From: Veleropilina oligotropha
Lineage: Eukaryota
DNA: 64,000 nucleotides
NCBI GenBank assembly: GCA_048128005.1
Contig: JBEUKZ010000016.1
Span: forward strand, 496,001-560,000
Direction of reading: 5' to 3'
The translations under genes and the position numbers were made by a program. How positions within the stretch are numbered: position 1 is the stretch's first letter; each line of letters starts with the position of its first letter. Positions 1-13,814 of this stretch are shown piece after piece. The notes below the pieces were generated by a model. That model saw nothing but the letters and a program-made list of their open reading frames with translations, was not told the origin of the DNA and made no database searches.

Positions 1-157
1 GGCATAATGTTGCACGAGGCGTTATGTGGATATCGCTGAGGGGTATCGATCAGCGTATTATCAGTCGTATATACCATGAAAAGCTATTGTAAATTTAAAA
101 GCTGTAAAAAAAAACGTTAAATCATGGAATTGCCCATGAAAAAAAAAGGAAAGGAAA

Positions 158-440
158 GAATCGATGCTTAATGTCCTGTATATTTCCAACCATCAGTTGG
201 TTCTTAATGTCCTGTATATTTCCAACCATCGTTTGGTTCAAACCAGGACATGTCCGTATTATTGCTGGAGGAAAGCCCTGTCGCCCGGGTAAACCCGCCC
301 TCTGCGAGAAGTCAAGGACAACTGTGAATAATAATTTGAACAAATGTGTGAACCCACTACTGTTCGCGTCAGCGAAATAAAGTCAGTGATTTTCGGAATC
401 CACAACCGTACCACTGCACTGTCGAAGCGGCCGAATTGAC
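158..440 (-). mobile_element. Degenerate SINE-like repeat fragment (same family as 37372-37880)
   Basis: Shares gcttaatgtcctgtatattt...ccagg(a/g)catgtcc...ggaggaaagccc...ccggg.aaaccc with 37372-37485 and ~60925-60990. Confidence 0.45.
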
Positions 441-1681
441 CATGATATCGCGCTCATGGGGTGATATGAAGCTGTGGACTCTTCCAAAGAAAAGAATCTG
501 GCATGTTGTCAAATCATTTGTTTAGGCCAACTGCTAGTGCATCCAGAGTTCATCTCATTGTTTGGGCAATTACCCGGAGCAATGGAGAAACATGAAACAA
601 GAGTCCCATTGTTCAGATATGAAGCTCATATGGTATGTATTATCAGACATCAAGATCCATCATAATGAAGATTAAGTTATAAACAAGTGGCTCAATCACA
701 TATATCATACATGAGGAAACCAATCATGGAATCAATCCTGCAGAGAAAATATAGTCCCGAAAGATTGACACTATAAACTTAACGTTCTCGCGATCGTTCA
801 TAGCACTAACCAGGACCGGTAGGAGTCTGCTGCCGGTGTCTTCCCCGATTCCGCTGACGGAGTCTCCGCCGATACAAGCAAACTGCAGCTATTATAATAC
901 ATATTCCTGCAAATACTGCTCCTGAAATTAATAGGAAATGATCAACTACATCAATGCCAAAATGAACATCAACCGATGTGACACGGCAAGGTAGTCATGT
1001 GTCATAATGTGTATCACTCAACCAAATTATATACATTTATATGTTTTACTACTAAGAACAAGACAAACTAGAGGTTTCACAGGAGTGATCATATATGCCC
1101 CCATAAAAGCTCTTGACCCATAAACATTAATCAGGCATTCATATAGTGACCTATTTTTGGTACCCGACGTATACACACATCAAGTTTCATGTCCATCAGT
1201 CAAATAGTATGGGAGATATGAAGCGGACTGGAATTTTGGACAAAATACGTACGGTCAAGCTTGAAAAGGTCGCGGTGACCTACTTTCAGTACATGGTGGT
1301 GTTTTTGGCAAGTGACACATTTTTTAGTTATGACGCATACACAAATCTAGTTTCGTGTCCCTCAGTCAAATAGTATGGGAGATATAGAGCAGAAGGCAAT
1401 TTTGAACCAAATGTGGTCTAGCCCGAAAATTAGGTCGCAGTGACCTAGTTTTGGTATGCGACAAACCATTGGGTTAAGACGCATACACCCTTCAAGCTTC
1501 GTGTCCCTCAGTCAAGTAGTATGGGAAATATCGATCGCAAGAGAACTTTGGTCCAAATGCGGTCAAGCTTGCGGCTAAGCCCGAAACTAGGTCACAGTGA
1601 TCTACTTTCGGTACGTGACACATGTTTGGGGCCTATACAATGGTTGTCACATCTCAAGATGGCAAGCAGAACGTAAAATTA

Positions 1682-4600
1682 AACTAGAAATGTGTCCATC
1701 GGACACGAATGCCCCCACTGGCAGCCTTGACCATAGGGGCAGCAAAGATCGTTTTGTGGAGTTATTTACAGACAATCAATGGCATGGGTGAGTCGTAGAA
1801 GGGAAGTACGATTGATGATAAGCAAGTGTATGAAGTATCAAGTCAATCCATGAAGGCAGATGTTAGTTATATCAGAATGGAGTTACTTGCATGCAATTAC
1901 TGGTCCGAAAAGCTAAATCATTTGACCTTGGGCATAGGGACGACATGGGTGGGTCACAAAAGGGAAGTATGAATGATGGTAAGGAAGTATATATAAACTA
2001 TAGATGTTGTTATTGGCCACAATAACAGGAATGTCTCCCCTGCTTGAAATTCTATTTTTAGCAACAGGTCATGACCTTTGACCTCAAATGCAAGTCCAAG
2101 CATGCTTTCTTCATATGCAACTTGCCTGCTAAATAATATAAATGGTAGTAACTGCCTGGATAACAAATCACAATCAAATTTCGGAAAAATTCTATTTTTA
2201 GCAACAGTTCATGTGACCTTTGACCGATTGACCTCAAGCGCAATTCCAAGCATCCTTTCCTCATAGACAACTTTCCTGCTAAATATGACCAACATTGCTA
2301 AATATGAACGGTAGTTATCAACAGGAAAGAAAATCTCAATCAAAATTCTATTTTAGCAACAGGTCATGTGACCTTTAAGTTATTGACCTCAAATGCAATC
2401 CCAAGGGTCATATCCTGATAGGCAACCTGCCTGGTAAATATGAACATGTTCACTAAGTATGAACAGTAGTTTTCGTCCGGAAAACAAATCGCAAATTCTA
2501 TTTATAGCCACAGGTCATGTGACCTTTGGCGCACTGACCTGAAAAGCAATCCCAAGCGACATCTCCTCATAAGCAACCTGTGTACCAAATATGAATAACA
2601 TCGCTCAAAGGGAACGGTAGTTATCGTCTGGAAACCAAAGCATGACTGACAGACAGACGGGCAGACAGACGGACGGTACATAAACAATATGTCTCCCCAC
2701 AGGGTAGGGGAGACATAAATATCTAGTCAATCTATGAAGGTAGATGGAAGCAAAATGGAGTTACTCGCACGCAAATACTGGTCCGAAGAGCTAAGTCATT
2801 TGACCTTGACCTTTGGCATAGGGGTGACATGGGTGGGTCGTAGATAAGCAAGTGTATGAAGTATCAAGTCAATCCATGAAGGCAGATGGAAATGATAGCA
2901 GAATGGGAGTTACTCGCATGCAAATACTGCTCCGTAGAGCTACATTTGACCTTGGACATAGGGGCGACTGGATGGGTCACAGAAACGAAGTATGAATGAT
3001 GATAAGCAAGTGTACAAAGTATCAAGTCAATCCATGAAGGCAGATGGAAGTTATAGCAGAATGGAGTTACTTGCATGCAAAACTGGTTTTCGGGACAGGA
3101 CGGATGAATGGACAAGGGTAAATCTAAATGTCCCCCCAATAAATTGGTGGGGGCATACAAATACGGAGAAGAGTCCATTTCGTGACTTACCTAAAATTCC
3201 TGAGACAATTTTTATTGTTGTGTTGTCATAGCCCGAGATAGTAGACATATTTTCTGTAACGACAAAATTGCACATAATATTTGAATTGTTGTATGTGTAT
3301 TAGATTGGATCCATGCTATAATGCTTATAAGGAATAAATGGCAATCTAATTTATAACTGAAATATTAGTATTTGGTATTAATTCGGCTTCAATGTATGAC
3401 GACCAACAAAGCTATTTTTAAATTAGGTCGTAACTCTTAACAGAAACAGTCCTAATGAAATCTAATTAAGGTACAGTACAATTAATGCATAGAATCCTGT
3501 TAAAAGTACATTAAATATAACTAGAGGAGTTGTTTTTATGGAAACAAAAATATATGTCTTCCCATTTGAGAGAAATCATTCCACACTCAGATCCTCATGA
3601 AGTTCCAAAAGTATTGAAAATCAATAAGAGAACACAAAATGTTATCGTCTTGTACATGCTTAAAGTCTGAGCCATGCATCTACAAATAAATTAAAAGGAT
3701 GGATACGATTTGAAATCTTGAAGAACAAGCCTGGACACGATGTGGGATCAAATTAAAGTTCATTACGGCAAGGTGAAAGATCATTTTTGGAAAATTTTGC
3801 CGCCTTGCACAATGTCAATTGTCATGTAAGGGGTGAATAATATATCAAAGAAAAGCATGCTGGCATGTACAGGATCTGTCTGATATATAGACCGAACAAA
3901 GTCTGTGTCCTTAAAAGTACATTCTTACCTCTGTGACCTTGACCATTGACCGAAGAACAAAACTTAATATTGTTATGCCATGTACTCACCCTCAAGAAAA
4001 ACATTCATGAAACTAGAAATGTGTCCGAGGCAGTCTTGACCATAGGGGCAGCAAAGAGCATTTTGTGGAGTTATTTACAGACAATTATAATGGCTTGGAT
4101 TAGTCGCAGAAGGGAAATACGATAAGCAAGTTTATGAATTATCAAGTCAATCTATGAAGGCAGATGGAAGTTATAGCAGAATGGCGTTACTTGAACGCAA
4201 TACTGGTTTTCAGGATTGGACGGGACGGACGAGGGTAAATCTAAATGACCCCCAATGGTGGGTGGATAAAAATATAAGAAAATTAGAAATGTGTCCATCG
4301 GACATGAAAGCCTCCACTCAGGCAGCCTTGACCATATGGGCAACAAAGATCGTTTTGTGGAGTTATTTACAAACAATTAATGGCATGGGTGAGTCGCAGA
4401 AGGGAAGTACGAATGATGATAAACGAGTGTATGAAGTATCAAGTCAATCCATGAAGCCAGATGGAAATTATAGCAGAATGGGACTTACTCGCACGCAAAT
4501 ACTGGTCCGAAGAGCTAAGTCATTTGACCTTGACCTTTGGCATAGGGGTGACATGGATAGGTCGCAGAAGCGAAGTATGAATAATGATATGCAAGTGTAT

Positions 4601-4892
4601 GAAGTATCATGTCAATCCATGAAGGCAGATGGAAGTTATAGCAGAATGGAGTTACTAGCACGCAAATACTGGTCCGTAGAGCTAAGTCATTTGACCTTTA
4701 CCTTGGGCATAGGGGTCGCATAAACGAAATATGAATGATGATAAGCAAGTGTATGAAGTATCAAGTCAATCCATGAAGGCAGATGGAAGTTATAGCAGAA
4801 TGGAGTTATTTGCATGCAAAACTGGTTTTCGGGACAGGACGGACGGATAAGGGTACATCTAAATGTCCCCCCAATAAATTGGTGGGGGCATA
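1682..4892. mobile_element. Cluster of Helentron-associated (HINE/DINE-like) non-autonomous elements, family A, with ~165-167-bp tandem monomers
   Basis: Each unit starts aactagaaatgtgtcc..ggacac (hairpin) + gccccca, carries tandem monomers rich in tgaccttga and a (ggac)n microsatellite, and ends in a hairpin such as tgtcccccc-aataaattgg-tgggggcat. A different HINE-like unit is nested at ~1996-2718. Confidence 0.7.
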
Positions 4893-5815
4893 AAAATATG
4901 GAGAAGAGTCCGTTCTGTGACTTACGTAAAATTCCAAAGCCAATTTTTATTGTTGTGTTGTCATAGCCCGAGATAGTACTTTCTGTAACGACAAAATTGC
5001 ACTTAATGTTTGAATTGTTGTACGTGTAATAGATTGGATCAATGCTATAATGTTTATACGAATAAATGGCAATCTAATAACTGAAATATTAGTATTTGGT
5101 ATTAATTCGGTTTCAATGTATGACTACCAACAAAGCTATTTCTAAATAAGGTCGTAACTCTTAACAGAAACAGTCCTAATGAAATCTTATTAAGGTACAG
5201 TACAATTAATGCATAGAATCCTGTTAAAAGTACATTAAATATAACTAGAGGAGTTGTTTTTATGTAAACAAAAACATATGTCTTCCCGTTTGACAGAAAT
5301 CATTCCACACTCAGATCCTCATGAAATTCCAAAAGTATTGAAAATCAATAAGAGAACACACAATGTTATCGTCTTGCACATGTTTAAAGTCTGAGCCATG
5401 CATCTACAAATAAATTAAAAGGATGGATATGATTTGAAATCTTGAAGAACAAGCCCGGACAGGATGTGGGATCAAACTAAAGTTCATTACGGCAAGGTGA
5501 AAGATCATTTTTGCCGCCTTGCACAATGTCATGTAAGAGGTGAATAATATATGAAAGAAAATCATGCTGGCATGTACAGGATCTGTCTGAGATATAGACC
5601 AGACAAAGTCTGTGTTCTTAAAAGAACATTCTTACCTCTGTGACCTTGACCATTGACCGAAGAACAAAACTTAATATTGTTATGCAATGTACTCACCCTC
5701 AAGAAAAACATTCATGAAAATAGAAATGTGTGCATCGGACACAAATGTCCCCACTGGCAGTCTTGACCATAGGGGCAGCAAAGATCGTTTTGTGGAGTTA
5801 TTTACAGACAATTAT
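2980..5815. repeat. ~1.75-kb tandem segmental duplication (copy 1 ~2980-4730; copy 2 ~4731-5815, resuming at 9386)
   Basis: 3100-4090 is repeated collinearly at 4850-5815, and 4090-4450 is matched by 9386-9740. Confidence 0.85.
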
Positions 5816-5921
5816 AATAATAATAATAATAATAAAGCTTTATTTATAGAGGCAGTACAGTTAGCTGATATGCTAATCTTCCCAGAGTCCCTGTGCTACA
5901 AAAGTAATATACAACAACAAC

Positions 5922-8900
5922 AACTAGAAAAACTATGTTCCACGGAACATGGGTATGCCCCGGCAGCATCCATATATTAACTACCAAAGTATGTGTATAC
6001 AAAAAGCATCTTGATCACCCATATGAACTCCTTGAAAATATTTTAACTGAAAACTTTCACAAAGTTTCTATGTCTAAAAATACCAATTTTATGCAATAAT
6101 TAAATTAAATTTTAGTCACTATCACTGCCATGTGACATCCAAATAATAATACCAAAGCATATAAATATATTCCGAATAGCGCCTTCTGCAGCTCATACAC
6201 CTAAACAGGAAAACTTTAACCAGAGTTTCTATGCTAAAAAAACACAAATTTATTTGCAATTATTATAACAAATTCAATTTTATTACTAGATGTACATGTA
6301 ACGCTACTACTGCAAGCCATGGTCTGAAATATTAATACAAATCATAGATGGGGGTGTTGAATGAGGATTGTATGGAATGTGTCATACATCAATTGCTATA
6401 ACACATTTTACTCACATCATGCAAACATTACATCAACATTTTATTACTGAAAGAATGAAATCAATTTGATTAACAAATCATAGTAATAACCGAAAAAAAT
6501 AATGCACACGCAAGCATTTCGACAGATAAAAGACGAGCGCACGCAAAGCCGCAGAAGAATTTGAAATAGTAACGGAAGCATGTATTAATAATTGATAGCG
6601 CATGGCGAATCATTATAAGTAACGCAGAGTTTCTGGAAACAAGACATCTGAAAAATGTGTGATGAATATGTAGAAAACATCTGTTTTATGTACCCATGTA
6701 TAATTAGCGTGATCATTATAAGCAAAAATATGACATTATTGTCACAATGCATATATTGGGATCCAATTTCTTTACTTGACGTTGTAATTATGCAATAAAT
6801 AGTATATATTTTTTTAAACTTTTATGTCTTATCCATCTAAAAAGGTTTGATGATGATATTCAATCAATAAATCCATGAAAACCATTGGCTTTACTTTAAA
6901 AGTTTAATAAAACAGCATCTTCGACTAAGAATCTTCTTCAACAAATTAAAACTTATCTTATATAAAAAAGTGGATGACTCAAATATCACTACATTCTTAA
7001 ATTCAACTGAGATATAAAGTGGTTACAGTTGCAAGTAAGCCAGTGTTGACACTTATACGACATTATTATCCGTTGTGCACACATTGCGAAAACCAAAATT
7101 ACACGATAAAAAATAACATTCATAGTTTCAAAATATAAGTTGACCTTTGACTCACTGATTGTGTTCACATAATAAATTTTAATGCTTTATCAATAATACA
7201 AATACGTTGTCTTTAAACTATATGTTTGGTTTCTTTTTAATTTTATTGGAAATACTAGCAATGGTACCCGTCTTCGCCGGGTAAGTCCCCCCAGCCCAAA
7301 TTTTTTTTTTTTTTTTTGGATAGTGCTCCCTTTTTTTTTTTCTCCATTATATTAAAAATGATAGTAAATTTTTTTTTTTTTCGCGAATTTTCCGAATTTT
7401 TTTCGTGGTAAACCTTCCTTGGGGGACCCCGATTAACCCCCCAAAGTTTGAAGGTCCTAGGTCAAAGCGTCTGGGAGGAGTTCAACTTGAAACAGACAGA
7501 CAGACAGACACACATACAATTATAGCTCCATTATATTAAGATTAGCTGATAATTTGAACCCTGACAAAAGTGATATTAGACACTGGATACATTCTGCTCA
7601 TGTAATGACAAATATACTGTCATTACACGATACCATTGAAACGAACCAATGGGAAGCCAGTTTCAAAATCATTTAATTTCCGATTTTGATAATCCTAGCT
7701 AGCTCCTCAGAATGACCATTAAGCGCAACAGCTTACTGTGCCTAATGGCAGTGAGCAAGTCTTACAGATAAGCAGATGTCATTTACCTTTGCACACACAA
7801 AATATTTATGTAAGTATACAAAACAAAGAAAAATACTCTTCTAAAATGCTATTTCTATTCATAGAAAGAATGTTAATACATAATGCTCAATATTTCAAGG
7901 CATATTCTAATTTCTCAGTTACAACTTCTACAATGTCAACGTACCAGCTGCTGATGACAATAGCTCTACTGTTCTTCACAGGCAAGCTAAAAAGTGGCTT
8001 CAACAGCCCATGTACATAAAAAAGAAGTTTAATTTCTATGTTAAAAAACATCATTTTATTTTCAATAATTAATTAACTTTTATTCAATATCACTCCCAGA
8101 GTACCAGATAACATCCATCTAATCAATACCAAAGCACATATATGTCAAAAAGGCCCATAAGCAAGCCATATAAACTCAATGAAAAACTTTAACCGAAAAT
8201 TCTAACAATAATTTCTATGTTAAAGAAACACCAATTTAATTGGATTAATTAAATAAAATTTTATTCCATATCACTGCCAGAGTAGCAGTTAACATCCATA
8301 TAATCAATATCAAAAATTCCCTTCAGCAAACCATATACACTCAATGAAAAACTGTCACCAGAAATCCTAACCAGAATTTCTATGTTAAAAAACATCACTT
8401 TATTTGAATTAATAAAATTAAATTTTATTCAATATCACTTCCAGGGTATCAGGTAACATACATATCATCAATACCACAACATATATATGCCAAAAATTTC
8501 TTTGAGCAAGCCATATACACTCAATGAAAAACTTTAACCAAAAACTTTAACCGAAAATTCTAACCAAAATTTATATGTTCAAAACCACCAATTTATTTGC
8601 ATTAATTAAAATAAATTGTATTCAATATCACTGCCAGAGCACCAGGTAACATCCATATAATCTATATCAAAGCATGTATATGCCAAAAAGGCTCTTAAGC
8701 AAGCCATATAAACTCAATGAAAAACTTTAACCAAAAACTTTAACCGGAATTTCTATGTTAAAAAACACCACTTTATTTGCATTAAATGAATTAAATTTTA
8801 TTCATTATCACTGCTAGCGTATCAGGTAACATCAATATAATCAATACTACTGCATATATAAGCCCAAAAGTCCCTTTGGCAAGCCATATACACCCAATGA

Positions 8901-9001
8901 AAACCTTTAACCAAAACAGCGGACATACGTACGTACGCCGTACGTACGTACAGACAGAGTGAAAGCAATATGCCCCTCCGGACTATCGTCCCGGGGCATA
9001 A
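5922..9001. mobile_element. HINE-like element family B (~180-190-bp monomers)
   Basis: 5' aactag..tatgttcc-ac-ggaacat hairpin + tatgccccgg; tandem monomers at 8030-8910; 3' tatgcccctccggactatcgtcccggggcata hairpin. Confidence 0.7.
7255..7541 (-). mobile_element. Non-autonomous Helitron
   Basis: On the minus strand: A|TC 5' end at 7541, (gtct)n microsatellite, 3' hairpin acccggcgaagacgggt followed by CTAG|T at 7255; no TSD. Confidence 0.8.
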
Positions 9002-9385
9002 TAATATATCTATATAATAATTATGTACATGAAGAAAATAAGAGTATATAAGTGCAACAATACAGATGTACTACAACAAATATACGAAAATTCATATTTT
9101 TGACTGAACATTGTATAGTTGTATATTTTAATAAGGAGTTATTTGATGTCAGACTTCAACATATGCTGCTTCATCTTTCGCCGGAATATGATAACATTTT
9201 CTACATTCTTAATAGTTTGGGGTAGATTGTTCCATATTTGGGCACCTGTATAAGTGAAAGTTCGTCTCATAGATTCTGTTTTTGGTTTTGGCCGAATTAG
9301 AGCTTTTGAGGACACTGATCGTAACGTCTTATCAGATTCATAATGAGTGATGTGAAATTTTTAAACATTAATACTGCTTTATTAA

Positions 9386-10872
9386 ATGGCGTGGATGAGT
9401 CGCAGAAGGGAATACGATAAGCAAGTGTAAGAATCATCAAGTCAATCTATGAAGGCAGATGGAAGTTATAGCAGAATGGAGTTACTTGCCCGCAATACTG
9501 GTTTTCAGGATGGGACGGACGAGGGTAAATCTAAATGACCCCCAATGGTGGGGAGCTAAAAAAATAAGAAAACTAGAAATGTGTCCATCGGACATGAATG
9601 CCTCCACTCAGGCAGCCTTGACCATATGGGCAACAAAGATCGTTTTGTGGAGTTATTTACAAACAATTAATGGCATGGTCGAGTCGCAGAAGGGAAGTAC
9701 GACATGATGATAAACAAGTGTATGAAGTATAAAGTCAATTCATGACGGCAGATGGAAGTTATATCGGAATGGAGTTACTTTCATGCAAATACTGGTCCGA
9801 AAAGCTAAATCATTTGACCTTGGGCATAGGGGCGACATGGGTGGGTCGCAGAAGGAAAGTATGAATGATGGTAAGCAAGTGTATGAAGTATCAAGTCAAT
9901 CCATGAAGGCAGATGGAAGTTATAGCAGAATGGAGTCACTCGCATGTAAATACTGGTCCGAAGAGCTAAGTCATTTGACCTTGACCTTTGGGATAGGGGT
10001 GACATGGGTGGGTCGCAGAAGCAAAGTATGAATATTGATATGCAAGTGTATGAAGTATCAAGTCAATCCATGAAGGCAGATGGAAGTTATAGCAGAATGG
10101 AGTTACTCGCGTGCAAATACTGGTCCGAAGAGCTAAGTCATTTGACCTTGACTTGGACATAGGGCGACATGGATGGGTCACAGAAGCGAAGTATGAATGA
10201 TGTTAAGAAAGTGTATGAAATATCAAGTCAATCCATGAAGGCAGCTGGCAGTTATAACAGAATGGAGTTACTTGCATGCAATACTGGTTTTCGGGATGGG
10301 ACGGATGGATGGACGGGATGGACGGACAAGGGTAAATCTAAATGGCCCCCCCCCCCCCAATAAATTGGTGGGGGCATAACAATAAAATATAAAACTAGAA
10401 ATGTGTCCATGGGACATGAATTCCCCCACTGGCAGCCTTGACCATAGCGGCAGCAATTTGCAGAAGATATAACTTAGTCATTTGACCTTGACCTTTGGCA
10501 TAGAGGCGACATGGGTGGGTTGCAGAAGGGAAGTATGAATTATGATAAGCAAGTGTATGAAGTATCGAGTCAATCCATGAAGGCAGATGAAAGTTATAGC
10601 AGAATGGAGTTACTTGGACGCAAATACTGGCCCGAAGAGCTAAGTCATTTGACCTTGACCTTGGCCATAGGGCGACATGGGTGGGTCACAGAAGCGAAGT
10701 ATGAATGATGATATGCAAGTGTATGAAGTATCAAGTCAATCCATGAACGCAGATGGAAGTCATAGCAGAATGGAGTTACTTGCACGTAAATACTGGTTTT
10801 CTGGACGGGACGGACGGACAGAGACGGACAAAGGTAATCTAAATTCCCCCACAATAAATTGGTGGGGGCATG
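9386..10872. mobile_element. HINE-like family A elements (continuation), ~165-167-bp monomers
   Basis: Starts at ~9572 and ~10393 (aactagaaatgtgtcc); monomer spacing 9881/10048/10213; ends with tgggggcat hairpins at ~10378 and ~10871. Confidence 0.7.
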
Positions 10873-12535
10873 AAAATGCCCAAATATGGATATTTTGTAT
10901 CTACGTCATAATGCCAGGGTCAAAAATTTAGCATCTGCACATGCCTGAAGTGTGGGCCCATGATGCATCGAGACAGAAATTAGAAGGATAAGATTTATAA
11001 TCCCGAGGAACAGTCCAGACACGATTTAGGGGTGAAAGGTCATTACAGCAAGGTCAAAGGTCATTTTCGTAAATTTCACCGCCTTGCACAATGGAACGTT
11101 AAGAGGAGCTAGCACGTGCTGGAAAGGATATAATGTCGGCATATGTACAGGACCTGAGATCTAGTCCGGACAAGGTCGGTGTCAGGAAAGTCCATTTTGA
11201 CCTCTGTGACCTTGACTTTTGACCGAACAACAAAACTGAACATTGCTATACAATGCATTCACCGTCAGGAAAAATTGGCGGGAAAAAAAAAGAAAACAAA
11301 ATGTAGAAATGCCGAAATATGGAAAAAAAAAATTATCAAGGTCACAGTGCTAAGGTCAAAGGTCAAATGTGCAAAATCTTAGTGCACTGCACATGCTTGA
11401 AGTATGGGCCATACATCTACAAAGAAATGAGAACAATACTTAACATTTGAAATATCCCAAGAACCAAGCAGGACACGATTCAGAGATCAAAGGTCATTAG
11501 GTCAAGGCCGAAGGCTGTTTTCGCAAATATGGCGACCTCGGCTCGCATGTGATAGACTGCGCATGCTCAACTGATCGGAAATGCACAGAGAGACAAAGGG
11601 CGGAAGTGCAGAAAATACACTGCATAGCGCATGAGCGGATATGAGATCAACATCCTGAATTTGGTAAACACTAGTGTCGATGTTAGCATTGTGAGTAAAT
11701 AGCATACTACAGTGACAAGATGTTTGTCATAGACTACAATCAATTAAAAACTGAGAATAAAAAGATTTAGATAATTGCGTGTCTAATCATGCTATCTTGT
11801 AAGAATAAATGACCAACCTGGTGATGTGGAACCAATAGCTTGTCTATTGGTTTCAGTCCCGTTAATTTGTATTATTTAACTACCATTAAATAGTATGGCA
11901 GATTTTTGTTAGAAACAATAAAAAAGATCTGATGACAAACAGTAAGTATACACAACGGTATACAATATTATAATATATAAATGAGGATCAGCGAAAGATG
12001 ATCAGAAGTTAACATCTGAGGAAACTCCACTCAACTGATGCAAATTGATACTTAACTAGAAATATGTTCCCAGGAACATGGATATGACCCGGGATGAAGA
12101 CACCGGATGCCGCACTTTTCCAATAGCCTTATGACTATCAAACACGTATTTAAATCTTTAAACTTTACCCAAAAACAACAACCAAAATTTTGAAGTTCAA
12201 AAACATCAATTTTAGACAATTTTATATTAAATTCCATTCCATATCAGTGCCAGAGTATCAGGGGCCGGTTGTTCGTACGTGTATTAAACTAAAGCCAGGC
12301 TTAAATCTATGTCTAGTCTTAAATAGTTTAATACCGGCTTAACTAATACCGACAGTTAATCCAGTTGCTAGAACATATTTTATGTCGGTATTAGTTAAGC
12401 CGGTATTAAAAATTTATGTCTGTATTAAACATACAGATAAGCCCATTTACTTCCCATGATACACCTGGCTGTCTCCGCATCATATTGAAGAGATCAAATG
12501 TAACGTTGATACATATAATACACATGATCGAGTTT

Positions 12536-13814
12536 ATGTCAGATATGGATGTACGACGCGACAGGAAGAAAAATTTCACTCTAGAAGAATGTAGTGTATT
12601 AACAGAAAAAATTAAGGATAACGATGCTGTTTTGAAGGCGAAATTCAACAACGTCGTAACCATTCGTCGCAAAAACGAAGTGTGGGCAAATATTTGCAAG
12701 GCAGTGAATGCCTGTGGAAATGCTGTACGAACGATCGACGAGATCAAAAGAAAGTGGAAGAATATGGCATCCACGTGTAAAAGAGAGATGTCAGAATATC
12801 GGGCATCGATGGGGAAGACGGGTGGTGGCCCCCCTTGTAAAGAGCCGGGTCCCATTACGCAAGAAATATGGGATATGAACAAGGAATGTCCATCATTCAT
12901 CGGTCTCACCGGTATCGAGTCTGGTAAGATATTGCAACTTAACTTAAAATTGAAGTATAATATAATTCAATAGCTATTTTATCGTCACATCATAATTTAC
13001 TGCAAAGTACATTAATGGAGTTCGTTTTTGCATGTTCGATCGCAGCGAACCTGACAAGTTTCCACGATAAATTACGATACATATGGCGGAATTCCTTGCA
13101 GACGACAGGCTTACCGACCGATGCAGCATACAATAACACATACCAAAATAGAATTCCAGTTATTGTAATTGTAAATTATATCCTTTTAATAATATGCAAT
13201 GATTTATGCTAAAATAACGGTTAAGCCTATTAATTGGCTCTTATAGTGTTTACTCTACGCTGGTTTGTTTTCACTCAAAACTAGGTCGGGGAATGACCAG
13301 AAATATTACAGGCTGTGACGTTTACTTTGGCGGGAAAATATTGAGGGGCGAATCGGGGTTTATTGCCGAAGTTTTTCTGGGGATCCAAATTGATAATTAC
13401 TGCGGATTATAATTTAACTCTCCAAGAAATATTTACTAATAACCTTAAATTTAATAAATAAATTGATAATATAGAAAGCCGCATAACAATACATGTATGT
13501 GTTACTTGATAGGTGTCACTCTGCCTGAGACTCTCGAAGAGACAGCGGTGACACCCGATGACGGTATCTCGGGCGAAGAAATTCCGTCTCGATCGGAAAC
13601 CGCAATCCGTGACGAAGATGTCCGAACAGATATAAAATCAACCCCCAAGAAGAGGGGAATAAATGACATTCAAGCGTTACAAGTGGACGTACTCAGAGAA
13701 GAGCGGGAGAAAATCATCCTTGAAAAGGACACTTTGCTATTGAAAACGCGGAAGCTCCAGTTACAAATCCAATTGCTGGAGAAACAATTAGGACACGATT
13801 TGTTTCCTTTTTAA
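12536..13814 (+). CDS. Harbinger Myb/SANT-like (trihelix) DNA-binding protein, 2 exons (12536-12923, 13513-13814), ~229 aa
   Basis: RKKNFTLEECSVL...KNEVWANICKAVNA...RTIDEIKRKWKNM...KTGGGP motif; G|gtaag donor at 12924 and ag acceptor at 13511-12, both phase 1; C-terminal coiled coil. The start could also be 12524 or 12545. Confidence 0.85.

Larger units (their letters stand above)
5813..9385 (-). mobile_element. 5'-truncated CR1/L2-group LINE 3' end, split by a HINE insertion
   Basis: Minus strand ~9140-9330 encodes TLRSVSSKALIRPKPKTESMRRTFTYTGAQIWNNLPQTIKNVENVIIFRRKMK (CR1/L2 ORF2 C-terminus). 3'UTR with aataaa and an (att)n tail at 5813-5845. It interrupts a family A monomer. Confidence 0.75.

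Noticed and set aside
6349..8010. Possible MITE with ggg.tgttgaa / ttcaacagccc ends
   Set aside because: The TIR match is short and imperfect, and no clear TSD could be established.
1682..10931. Many short ORFs with repeated 'QVYEVSSQSMKADGSYSRME' peptides
   Set aside because: Chance translations of 165-167-bp monomers; the unit length is often not a multiple of 3 and the frames break.
11545..11650. NRF1-like (tgcgcatgc) and ETS-like (gcggaagt) motifs as a host promoter
   Set aside because: Short motifs embedded between repeats with no associated exon; insufficient support.
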